Below, in pieces: positions 1 through 11,000 of a stretch of DNA of 64,000 nt. The notes below the pieces were generated by a model. That model was given only the letters and a program-made list of their open reading frames with translations, ran no database searches and was not told the origin of the DNA. Within the stretch, counting starts at the first letter, position 1, and each line of letters starts with the position of its first letter. Origin of the DNA: Oikopleura dioica (taxonomy: Eukaryota; Animalia; Chordata); NCBI GenBank assembly GCA_907165135.1, contig OU015567.1, positions 5,270,001 through 5,334,000 of the forward strand, read 5' to 3'. Position numbers and translations under genes: made by a program.

Positions 1-34
1 TAGAAAACAAAGAATGGCCATGAATTCTTCCTAG

Positions 35-1482
35 AATGGATTTCACCTGGCGAGACGATTTTCTTCACTGGAGACCGAGTTTGAACAACAATATCACGCA
101 CGTGATCATTGCTCCTGACCGAATCTGGAAACCCGATGTTGTTCTGATGGAGAGTCTATCAGACGACTTCGACAGCAAGTATCAGGCGGGTATTACAGTC
201 AACTACGATGGCACATGCAACTGGATCACTCCAATCAATTTCGAGGCTGGCTGCGTTTTTGACATGACCTTCTTTCCTTACGACACTCAAGCCTGTCCCT
301 TGACTTTTGGTCCTTGGACGTATTCAAGCAGAGACATTGCTTTCCAGCTCAAAACCGCGACGAATAATATAACTGGTCCAGGCCAGACGGGGCAAATTCT
401 CGACAGTAAGGATTCTTTTTGATTTTATCAAGTGGAGTTACAGTAATTAGATCCGATGAAACCAAACTCGACGGAATGGAATATCCTTAGTACTGATGGA
501 ATCATGAGAGAAACAAAGTATCCCTGCTGCGTAGAAAAATATCCAGGCAAAGTTGAAAAAATTGAAGATAAATGTCCCTATGTTTAATGTTTAACTTTGT
601 CAAAAGACATCACATACGAAATCGTCTTCAAGCGATACACCCTCTTGCCAACACTCTCCATCGTCGTCCCCTGCATTCTGACAGTAATTCTCATCATTCT
701 CGGTTTTTTCATGCCCCCAGATGCTGGCGAAAAAGTCGGCCTAAGTAAGTAATCAAACATTCTCAGTCAATCGAACAAGCTCCAACGATATTTTTGTATT
801 TAGACATCACGATTCTCCTCGCTCTCGTCGTTTTTATGGACCAGTTGACTCAGCAAATTCCCCCTATGCCCGCTAAAACACCACTTATCGGGCAGTTTTT
901 CGTCGCATCTCTCGTTCTCGTTGCATGTTCTCTCATTTCGACAATCTTCTGTCTTCGACTACATCATACAACTGGAGAAGAAGCGAAGAGAATGCCAAAA
1001 TGGCCAACGGATTTTCAAATATCTTAATTTTCTTATGATAGAATTAGCTCATTGTTTGTTAAATCCGTTGAAGATTCGATGCGTTTTCATCGATTTCTTG
1101 CCCAAGATCCTCTTTACCATGGGCCCACCCCCAGATCGGCCGCAAGAAAAAACGGACGAAGAAGCAGCTGCCGAGGCGGAAGAAATCAACGATGTTCTCG
1201 ACGAAGTGAAAAGCACCACTGAACGTCTTCTGAAAGAGATTCTTGAAGGTAGAGCTGAAATTTTCGAGCGTTCGATTCACGATCATTTTAGAAATCGTTT
1301 GCATCAACAAAGCGACTCACGAGGGAGATCTTGGCGCAGCGTACGAAGAAGAGTGGAAATACGCAGCGACTGTTTTTGACCGGACAATGGCGTATTTTTA
1401 CATTTTAGCAATCATTATCTTGCTTATCAGCACTTTATTCACTCGTTTCTGGTTGGATACGAGCCCTGTCACGTCTGTATAG
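35..1482 (+). CDS. Nicotinic acetylcholine receptor alpha subunit (Cys-loop ligand-gated channel), 5' end outside window
   Basis: Spliced exons give WKPDVVL, Cys-loop CVFDMTFFPYDTQAC, loop B GPWTY, loop C KYPCCVEKYPD with vicinal Cys, TM1 to PPDAGEKVGL, TM2-TM3 ITILLALVVF...TPLIGQFF, and TM4 EEWKYAATVFDR. Stop at 1480-1482, AATAAA about 1494. Confidence 0.95.
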
Positions 1483-2284
1483 AAAACTTATTGAATAAAT
1501 GAGATGGACTAGGAAAAATGATTTCTGAAAGCAGGAGAAAAGAAGGGGTTAAGCGCTGTCATCGAAAATAAACTGCACTAGACTTGGCGCCGAAACGCAC
1601 AAAAATGCACCGCGCGTTCGGTCTAGTAACCGGAGATTACCCCTTGACTTTGAAATCAAAAGATCGTCTTCTGCTGATCCTTGCATAAAAATCGACAACA
1701 AATTCGTTTCTGTTTAGACGACATTTTTATTATCTAAGGTACTTGAGATAAGCTACTTAGCTGACAAAGTTTAATTTGTGGTGCTTGTTCGATATGTTAT
1801 GGATGGTAGCAGAGCTCAACTTTTTAGATGTATAATACGGCCTATTAATTTCGCTCTCTAAATATCTGTCTTCTTGAAATAATGCTGTCTCCGTCAAATT
1901 TCATTCCGAGAATATAATATAATATACGGTATAAAAGAATGTATAATATTATATAAATGATATTATTATATTATATGATGAATTATATATTTAATTTTTT
2001 ATTATATAATTATTTTCGCCTTCGACTTTATGATTTAGCAACACTGATTGGATAACCAGCACTTGATTGTGGTGCTTATAGAGCATTTTCCAAAGTAAAG
2101 AGGATTACTTTCCTGCGCGAAACTTTCCATAGAACTAGACAGCACCAGCCAAGGTGCTCTCGTGCACCACCGCCAAGTTCGGTAGCATAAAAACCGCGAT
2201 GCAGCATGCTCCGGGTGTAGTACTCGTCTAGAGAAATTACCTTTTTTCTTGTTGGGCTCTGAAAGAACCAACAACAAAAACGCG

Positions 2285-4712
2285 ATGAAGCTGAATTTGG
2301 CTATTCTCTCCTTGAGCGAGGCCGGTCACTGGTCTCGATTCAGGGGCATGGGTTATCAGGTAAAGTTGCCAAGAGAAAAATAAAAAATTTAATTAAAATT
2401 TTTAGGTTCAAACTACCTCCGATGCGAATAAACTCCGAATCAATCGTGAGCTCTCGTACGAGAGAGGCAACGGATTCGGGTTCACCACAGCTTGTTCTGC
2501 CACCGACATCGCTAACAAAAAGCTCTCCAGCTCCTTGATCGGTCCTGAATCTATCGTCGGCGCAGTCAACTTCCAGGTAACCAACCTCGACGTTGCCGAC
2601 AGCTTTTGCTACGGAAAGAAAGATGACCAATTGCTGGACGTGTCGAAGTACACCTCCGGCTTCACCATCAACTCCTTCTTCAACACCGCGACAAACACCT
2701 TCTTTGGATCGACCAGCTATCCCTTCCAACCGAACGGCTCTAAAACCGCCGTCGCAAGCAATCAGATGAAGTACACCGCCATCGTTACCGATCCAAAGAA
2801 CAGCTCTCCATCTTTTAACGCTCCACCAGCCTGGTTCGTCAACCCTCAGCTTACAAGCTGCACGACTGGTTACTACCAACATTTGAACCTTCTGCCACTC
2901 GACCCCGAAGGCAACAAAGTCTCATGCAGATGGTCTACGTTTGCCGAGGCCGGTACTTTCTCACTCTACAGCGGCACCACCTTCATCGGCGGCAAGGATA
3001 TCTACCTCGAGCCAAACAACTGCGTTATCCGCTATTACCCTAGACAGGACACTTACAAGAAGAACCACTTCATCGCAATCCAGGTCGAGGACTTTGACTC
3101 TAGTGGCAAACGACTTCACTCGATGCCCGTCATCTTCCAGATCATCAAGAGAAATGCCTCTTGGAGCTACAGCTACAAAAGCGGTGACAACTCGACCGAA
3201 ATCGAAGATGAGCTCGTAGCCAGCGAAGAAGAGTTGAATCACAGCGATAGTGAAGAGGTCAACGAAGCTGTCCAGTTCATCCCTGAAGCCAAGCACATGA
3301 CTTACGACTTCTACAACAACTTGCCTGAAAACGAGAACTACATCACCGAAGAGGACAACTCGATTACCACTGTTTCCGAGTACCAAGAACCGAACTTGGA
3401 GGAAATCGAAGCCGCCGCTGCTCTTGAAGATCCCGTATTCGAGGCACCCGCTGGTGATTTCGATCTTGCGAGCTCTACTCCTTCTCTCTGCTCATATTTC
3501 CCATTTGTTGCGTACACTGGTTCCTACATCACCGATGTGACGGTCACTTCATCGAAGCAAGTCATCAAATTCTACATTCGAGAGGGCGCCCACACGAGCA
3601 AGGGAACTTTCATTAGCAAGTTGCCACGAAGACATGTTTATGGTCCTGACGGGCTCAAATGCGGTACTCCAAATACTTCCGGATACTCTCTTTGCGAATG
3701 GACGCCAAACAAGACCCAGCTCGACCAATACGTTCACTCAGTTAGCTGGTACGGAATGGATGCGACCGGTCGATACACTCGCTATTACACCAGACATTTC
3801 CGACTCAAGGATGCCACTACAGTCGAAGTTGCTTGCTCTGCCACCTCTGCCACAATCACCGCCGGCGTCGGCTCGTTCCTCCCCAACCTCTCCTCTTCTT
3901 ACTTCAGCAAGACCGTCCTCAACATCGGAACCTGCAAGTACACCTTCCCAAGCAGCGGTACCCAAACTCGCTCGATCAGTCTCGCTTCCTGCGGCGGCAA
4001 GTGGTCTCAGGGATCCAAGATCGCCGTCGAATGGGACGTCTCTGCAACTGATCCAACCACCGGAACCATCACCGCCAGCAGAGTGTTCAAGTTCAAAGCC
4101 AAGTGCGAATATGCCAGCCAAGTCAACATGATGAGCAGCGCTTTCAACGTCAAATACGGTGTCACCACAACTCAAATTTCCGGCTCTTCCACGGTAAAAC
4201 AAGCTCTTTAAACACTGGTTAACATTTTTTAAGCTCGATTCTCTCTTCTCACTTAGTCTCAAGGGACCTTCCTCTACCATCACTATTGGTAAGTCATCGC
4301 TCATAATCACGTGTCGTAACGAACATCTTAGGTGACAAACTCACTGGTACCGTCACATCCACCTTCGCCCCATCCGTCCCATACGATTACCAGGTAAACA
4401 ATATCTTCTTTCTACCAGTTTTTGATGATTTCTTAGATCGCCGCCTGCACCGTCTACGACAAGTCCACCAAGACCGGCAAGAAGTACACCGTCCTCGCCA
4501 ATCAGTGCGCTCCCCAAGCCGCCGTCGCCTTCGATAACAGCAAGATTTCCGGCACCAGAACCGCTCCACCAAGCTTCAGCTTCACCAGTTTCACCTTTGG
4601 CCCAAGCGACATGAATCTCTACATGGAGTGCGCCGTCAACGTCTGCCTCCGAGATCCAACCTCCAAGAAGCTGCTCAGCTCCACTTGTCTCAAGACCTGC
4701 TCCGGCAAATAA
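2285..4712 (+). CDS. Secreted protein with N-terminal Cys-containing domain, acidic linker and C-terminal ZP domain (oikosin/house-protein candidate)
   Basis: Signal-like start MKLNLAILSLSEAG. GT-AG introns near 2360-2405, 4193-4232, 4290-4331 and 4395-4437 keep the frame. The C-terminal half has a ZP-like Cys pattern (VACSAT...KAKCEY; ACTVYD...NQC...FSFTSFTF...LYMECAVNVC). No TM helix before the stop. Confidence 0.75.
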
Positions 4713-5207
4713 ACAAACGATTGAAGATTTCATCAAAAAAAAAAAATAAAAAAATTCCGCCCATTGACGAATTTCCGATCCTTTTTTATTCAAAACCCAT
4801 TCTGTAAAAAAAAAATGATTATTTTCAAAAAAATTATTTCCGCCTTCAATAAATTCTCCTCTTAGTCCAACTTTTTCTTGTGAAATCAAAGCTACCGGCT
4901 TATGTAACCTTTTTCAAAGTAAAGAGCATTATCCTCTCGAAATTTTCTTGCGAACTAAACTGCACCAGCCTCGGTGCTCTCGTGCACCACCAACGAACTT
5001 CACCACCCAAGAAACTGCAACTAAGCAAAACTCGTTTTCGATTCTTTTCCCCTCTTCTCTCTTCTTCTTTTTCACTTCCAGGGCAATAATTATGCGATCA
5101 AAATTGCTATTCTTTTGAAGCGTCATAAAAGCGCAGTTTTATGAACCATGCAACTTTGGATTTGCAGATCGGATGCAGCCGAAACAGTTCAAAATTTACT
5201 CAGAAGC

Positions 5208-6549
5208 ATGAATATTTTATTAATCTTTTTTCTCGAACAGGAATCGATCTTTGAATAAGAGAAAGGGTTTAATAAGGAAAAAGAAGGATCCATTTAAAGA
5301 TTTTGGCTCAAAATGGGCGGGTGAAAAGATCAGCCACGATAAATTGCGACATTGTAAATGTCGATTGCACTTTCTTAACGATGGCGATTACTTTGAATGA
5401 AACATGCAGGGCAATGGAATACCCGGCCGTTCCGAGGTCCGGAGCGGGTTTGTACGTCACGAAGTCGAGGGATTTGAAAAAAGACTCGATTCTCGAAGGT
5501 ACGAAATACCAGCTTCATGCTGAAGATTCCGATTCGTATTCTAGAGCTCAGAGACAACTGTACATTTCCACTTGTTCCCGCCAACGGAACTGCTCCTGGC
5601 CTGCCGGCCATTGTTGCCTGTACTGAAGAAATCCCGGTAAGTTTCTTTCTGAAATATTTTTCCTTAAAAATTCTTGTCATTTTTGAAAGGATTCTTCATT
5701 TGTCAGAACATCCGCTTGGCTTCAATTTTCTCCGGTAAATGTCAATTTTGAAATCAAATTGATGGAACCGGTCGAACTCGAGTGCTACTACAACAAAACC
5801 CTGAACCTGGACAACGAGCGGATCGAAATCAGCGACCCAGTCGTCTCCGCCGTCAAGGAAGAATTACAAGCGGCGGAGATAATTAACAACCTTGGCCTGT
5901 CACTCGTGACTAGTGACGACCGTGATGAGCGGGAATACGATGATGGCAAAATGAGCGAAAAGAGCTTTTTTCTCGGCGACACGATTACCGTCTCGGTTCA
6001 GATGCAGAAACCAAATGATTTTTACTGGTAAACTGCGTAGAGGACTTTTTTCTTAAGGGCGTCAACATCGATTTCGCCCTTCTTAGACTCAACTTTTAAG
6101 GGTATATTTGAAAGAATGTGACATCAAAAGTGGACAGAAAAGCCTCAATATTTTCAACAACTTCTGCCCAAGCAAAGAATTCAAGTAAGATTAACCTTTC
6201 TTCTGAAATCATACTGTAATTCTAGAGACATTCTCTCGATAAAACGAAAATCTTTCACTTCCTTCTCCTTCATCCTCTTCAAGCTGGATGATGTTCCATC
6301 GTTGGAGGTCAAATGCAATCTCGCTGTTCTGGTAAAAATCAAAAGGCGATGACTGTAATCATCTTTCTTTTCAAGACGATCGTAGATCCTATGCCGCCGA
6401 GATGCGAAGAATCAGCTGGAGACTCGATGTATGAAGGATTTTATGATTATTTCAACGAGACCGATTACTATGCTAACTACTCCAATTCCTCAAATTCGTC
6501 GAATTCGGAAGTAGAGAAGAGTTTGAACTCCTTGTCTCGTAAGTTCTAG
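5208..6549 (+). CDS. Secreted ZP-domain protein
   Basis: ATG 5208; a GA-AG intron at 5241-5299 joins MNILLIFFLEQ to ILAQNGRVKRS (signal peptide plus furin-like RVKR). ZP-N-like VDCTFLTMAITLNETC and ELECYY; ZP-C-like FFLGDTITVSVQ, KECDIK...NFCP, FSFILFK...EVKCNL. Confidence 0.7.
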
Positions 6550-7656
6550 ACCTTTTTCTTGCATATAAAATCATTCTTTTTAGTCCAATCTTCCATTCAA
6601 ATTCTACCTCATCAAAATTTGATCGCCTCCGGGAAACGAACTTGTCTTAGTTTTAGTCTTCAAGTCACTGTTTTCTGCCTTTCAGTAGCTTTATCCCTGT
6701 TTTAATAAACATTTTTTTTTTGATCTTGCTCAAGAGCATGAAAAAATGAATGAACTTGAACGACTCAGTCTGTGTGAAAAAAAGAAAGGTCTTGTGAAAG
6801 AAACCGGGCGCTTTCATCATTTTGAAAGATCGACATGTATCGATTGCTATCGCGATTCACAGGGTCAAATACAGGCACGCTGCTCCTTCCCGGAAGTGAC
6901 ACGCGGTAATGACTTTGGTTAAAAAGAGGGTCAGTTGCAGGTTTTTTCTTTTTCGAAATCGATCCACGATTCCATGGGAAGGACTCTTTTCAGGATGATA
7001 TTTTCGGGTTGAATATTCAAGCGGTTCTAAGATCGAGACACCCTTATTTTGGCCGAAGAAATCATGGGCATTTTTGAAAGAGGGTTGAAAAATGATCATG
7101 GCATTTGTTTATTAGGTCTGAAAATAAGCGTTCCGGAGCGCAATCGTTGTTTTACGAACGGTGAAAATTTTGATTTATTGCACGATCCCGGAAGTCCCTA
7201 AATAGGTCCGAGGCAGAAGAAACGTCTGACAGTAATTGGGACAGAAAAATAACCGTCGTCGTCATCGAAATTTTCAAATCAAGCCTTCGAAGCTTATTTC
7301 TACAGTAGAACAATTTGTTATATTTATAAGTTGACAACAATTTTTTCTAGTGAAAAGGTACCAAGAAACCATAATAATGGAAGTAAATAAATTGGTTTAT
7401 TTCTTTCTTGTAATGCAAAGCTGATAGCAAAAGTAAATTGTTCCAGTGAAGAAAAAGTGTGATAATATCTATTCTTCAATAAGCATGAATATTACAAGAA
7501 ATATCCTGTAAAAATGCTCCAAAAAGACAAAGAGTTTATTAAAATCATTTCGTAAATATCAAACGAGTATAATCAGCCCCGATATGCATCGCTTATTATG
7601 GATATCCTCGATCAGCGCTCTTCATTTTCCGAGCGTGGCGCTCTTCCGCCTCACCC

Positions 7657-7664
7657 TATAAAAT
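7657..7664 (+). promoter_or_regulatory. Possible TATA box
   Basis: CTATAAAA about 40 bp upstream of the ATG at 7703. Sequence match only. Confidence 0.35.
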
Positions 7665-7702
7665 CCCTTCCCCCAACCCTCCATATCCAGAAATAACTAA
7701 AA

Positions 7703-8026
7703 ATGTGCACAATCGCCTATTCCAACTCCATTTTCCATCAAAACCAACTGACTCCTGCCTACTCTCGCCGAGCTACAGTCAAAAAACTCCGCCCTCTCTC
7801 TTCAACTCTCATTTTCGAGCAACCAGAAATCAAGGAAGATAACAAATTTCACGATGAAAATGATGCTGATCTTTTCGATGTCGAGACCGACTGGATAAGC
7901 CATGCAAAATGGGAAGAAGCTAAAGCCGGGCTCAAGAAACATGTCTGTCTTTCCTGTGGCAAGAGATTTTCGAACAAAACGATGAAGAGAATTCACGGGG
8001 TTTTGAAGCACAAATCTTCTCTGTAA
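7703..8026 (+). CDS. Small intronless protein with one C-terminal C2H2 zinc finger
   Basis: 107-aa ORF ending HVCLSCGKRFSNKTMKRIHGVLKH (C-x2-C-x12-H-x4-H); AATAAA about 8055. Confidence 0.7.
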   Translation: MCTIAYSNSIFHQNQLTPAYSRRATVKKLRPLSSTLIFEQPEIKEDNKFHDENDADLFDVETDWISHAKWEEAKAGLKKHVCLSCGKRFSNKTMKRIHGVLKHKSSL

Positions 8027-8078
8027 CAATGCTGTTTGTATTTCTGTGTATTTGAATAAATGATAGTTTTTTCATAAA

Positions 8079-11000
8079 TTATGTTTTTGCCCTCTTCTCC
8101 CAATTTTCTAAATTCTTCTTTAGATGCCCCCTCCAAGTTCGCTCAAAGCAGCCTGCTTTGTTTTTGAAAATCTTTCTTTGCGATGAAACATCTTGAGCGT
8201 CGGCGATATCGGTTGTTATTTGCCGTTTGATTCTGATACTCCCGCGATTTTGGGAATTTTGACGGACGAAACGGCTCCGCGTCACGTGACCGCTGACGTT
8301 TGGGTTCGAAGTTCGGCGATTTCTGTTAAAAGTTTCTTCAAAAAGGGATATTTTCTGAGGCTTTTCCGTTGATTCTGCCCAATTTACCTCCTTATCCCAC
8401 CTTTTGCCACCTTGTGCCGGTATACGCTGACCATCTTCGGTCTAAGCGGCACTAGGAGGCGCAAACCGACCCAAAGCGGCACAAACCGGCTCTTTGCGGC
8501 ACTTTGAGGCGCAAAACAGCCCTAAGTGGCACAAGGAGGCAAAAACTGGCTCTAAGCGGCACTAGGAGTCACAGGACGGCCGTAAGCGGCACAAGGCGGC
8601 TCTAGAAGGCACAATGAGGTACCCTCGCAAGCTTCCTCAATCGTATCCTTTCCTGGTCGTAATGAATCACCAGTGCCATTTTCAGATGGTTCCAATAAAA
8701 TGCCATTTTCGTCAAAAAGACACTCATTAGCTGCCTTGAAAAATTCCGTCAGCGCGGAAAAAGTCGGCTCGATAATGTATTTATTAAAACCTAAAATGTT
8801 CATGAGCATATTTTTGATAAACTTTTCTTACTTATTTGGCTATTTGGAATATGCAGCGTATTTCTATCGCAAAGAGGAGAAATCGGAAAACCAGATTTAG
8901 CTTCTTGGTCGCCTTGGAGGAAGAATTCTTCGAAGAGGAATTCGACCATCTTTTCATGATGCTTCCAGGGTCGGAGAGAGTGGGAAATGTCGGCAGAGTG
9001 GAGCATGAAACCAAGGACGGTTGTAGTGTCAGCAAAGGAAGGAGAACTCTTGGCGTCGGAGAGGTAGAACAAGTGCTCGTTGTGGAAAACCATGTCCGTT
9101 GCGAGAACCATATCTAGACACCATAAACTCCAGTCCTTGACTGTTACTTACCGATAACGATATTTCTGAAGTTGAAAAATTGCTCATCATTCAGCCCAGC
9201 TAGAATATTACACTCATCTTTTGCACAAATTCCGAATCCAGTTGTTAGATGAAAGTTTTCAAGCACTTTTTAAGGTCATCAGAATTAAAGGTCGCGTAAA
9301 AAAATCGAGAAGACCGCTTTCCTGATCTATCATTATATAAATTCGCCAGGTTGCTTTTTGTCATAATATGAAAATTATTCGTCGTCCCCGTGTGACTGAC
9401 ATCATGAATTGCAGCGGCGAATAATGCGGCAAAAAGTTCGACATTGTCTAACCAAACTTGGGCGCCGTTCAGTTCGATTATCGAAAATAGGGCCTGCGTT
9501 ACGTCTGCCGCGTGGATATCGTTGTGGTAAGGGTTTTTGTTGGATAAATACAGCTCCTTAAAAAGGGAATAAGATGAGACAAGCCTTAAGGGTGTCACTA
9601 TCTCAAATCAACGAAGAAGGTTCTTTACTACTAGGGTCGGCACCGACCACCATTTTCCCAGGTCGGGTTGGTCGGTCTCCCAGAAATTGGCGAAATCCGT
9701 GGTCGCTTTGGTTGGTCGGGTCGCCTTATTTTTTGGTCGGTTTTTGGTCGGGTCGGGTCGGTTTTAAGGATATAGCCTTGAATATTGAACTTTCGTAGCG
9801 CCGAATCCCTGTTACGAATTCTTTCATTTTTCGAAGGAACCCTACCTAAAATCTAGCGTAGATTTCGAAAATTCCCTTATTTTTAGTACTTTCTATAGTC
9901 TTTATACCTTAAAATCGACTTCAAAATAAAACAGACCATTGTTCTCTAAAAATTCCCATTAAAAAGGTAAATCTGGATTGATGATATGAAAGATTGAAGC
10001 CTTCTCTCCAACCTAGCGGAGGATTTTGTAAAAATATTAAAAATTACGGCTTCTACTGATGGGGTGTTTGATAGCGAAATTTCGGGAGACGGTCGGTTAC
10101 AATACCAATTGGTATTGGAATACCAATTTTGGTATTCCAATACCAAAGTCGGCAGAAAATGCCAATTTTTCAAAGTTAAAAGTCGGTCGTGCGCTTCGCG
10201 CCTGTATTATACGATACTTTAGAAGTGTTTTTAATAATTTCTCGGGCAAAAAATCCAAATTGTCTAAAAAATTTGGTATCGGAATACCAAATTTTGGTAT
10301 TGGAATACCAAAAAAGCTTTGGTATTGTAACCGACCGTTCCCGGAAATTTCCATCAGAGCGCTGTGGCGAATCGGAGTGCCTATCTCAAACGGGCCTGAA
10401 ATAGGCTAGTGAGGCCAGTTACCACACATTTTCTTGGTCGGCGCTCCGATTCGTCAGATGTTGGAAAAACGGGTTACGTGAATCTTATGGAAAATTCGAG
10501 AAAAATTAAACGGACGAATCAGAGCACCCGTCATTGGGATGTCTGGTTACTAGCCTTACAAGTCCAACCCAGGCTCCGATGAGAATTTTTCCGCTATCCA
10601 ACACCCCATCGGTAGTAACTGGTTTATGATTGTACTTCGAAATGGAGAGTGGCGCGTGCAGCCAATTAGAGCGAGGGGAGAATCCTAGTTACATTTCGTC
10701 CAAGCTGTCGACAAAATTTCTCGTGTAAAATAGGATGAGCGATGGGCTGAGTGAGATTTTCCCCTCGCTCTCATTGGCTGCACGCGCCACTCTCCTTTTC
10801 GAAGTACAATCATAAACCAGTTACTAGAAGCCGTAATTTTTAATATTTTTACAAAATCCTCCGCTAGATTGGAGAGAACGCTTCAATCTTTCATATCATC
10901 AATCCAGGTTTACCTTTTTAATGGAAATTTTCAGAGAACGACGGTCTGTTTTATTTTGAAGTCAATTTTTAGGTATAAACACTATCGAAAGTACTAAAAA

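Noticed and set aside
1590-1630. ACTAGAC...GTCTAGT hairpin as a Helitron 3' end or ncRNA
   Set aside because: Single copy, imperfect stem, and no matching 5' end or second copy.
1890-2020. Very AT-rich TATAAT-type tract
   Set aside because: Low-complexity intergenic DNA with no stable period.
2340-4889. Long antisense and alternate-frame ORFs over the ZP gene (e.g. 2340-2882, 3738-4310, 4353-4889)
   Set aside because: Shadow ORFs caused by the biased codon usage of the + strand gene; no motifs.
6857-7340. Two minus-strand ORFs and CCGGAAGT (ETS-like) sites
   Set aside because: The ORFs lack motifs and a consistent splice pattern; isolated 8-mers are expected by chance.
10059-10409. Overlapping ORFs with repeated FGIGIP
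   Set aside because: Translations of the AATACCAA/TTGGTATT arrays of a MITE; no transposase motif.
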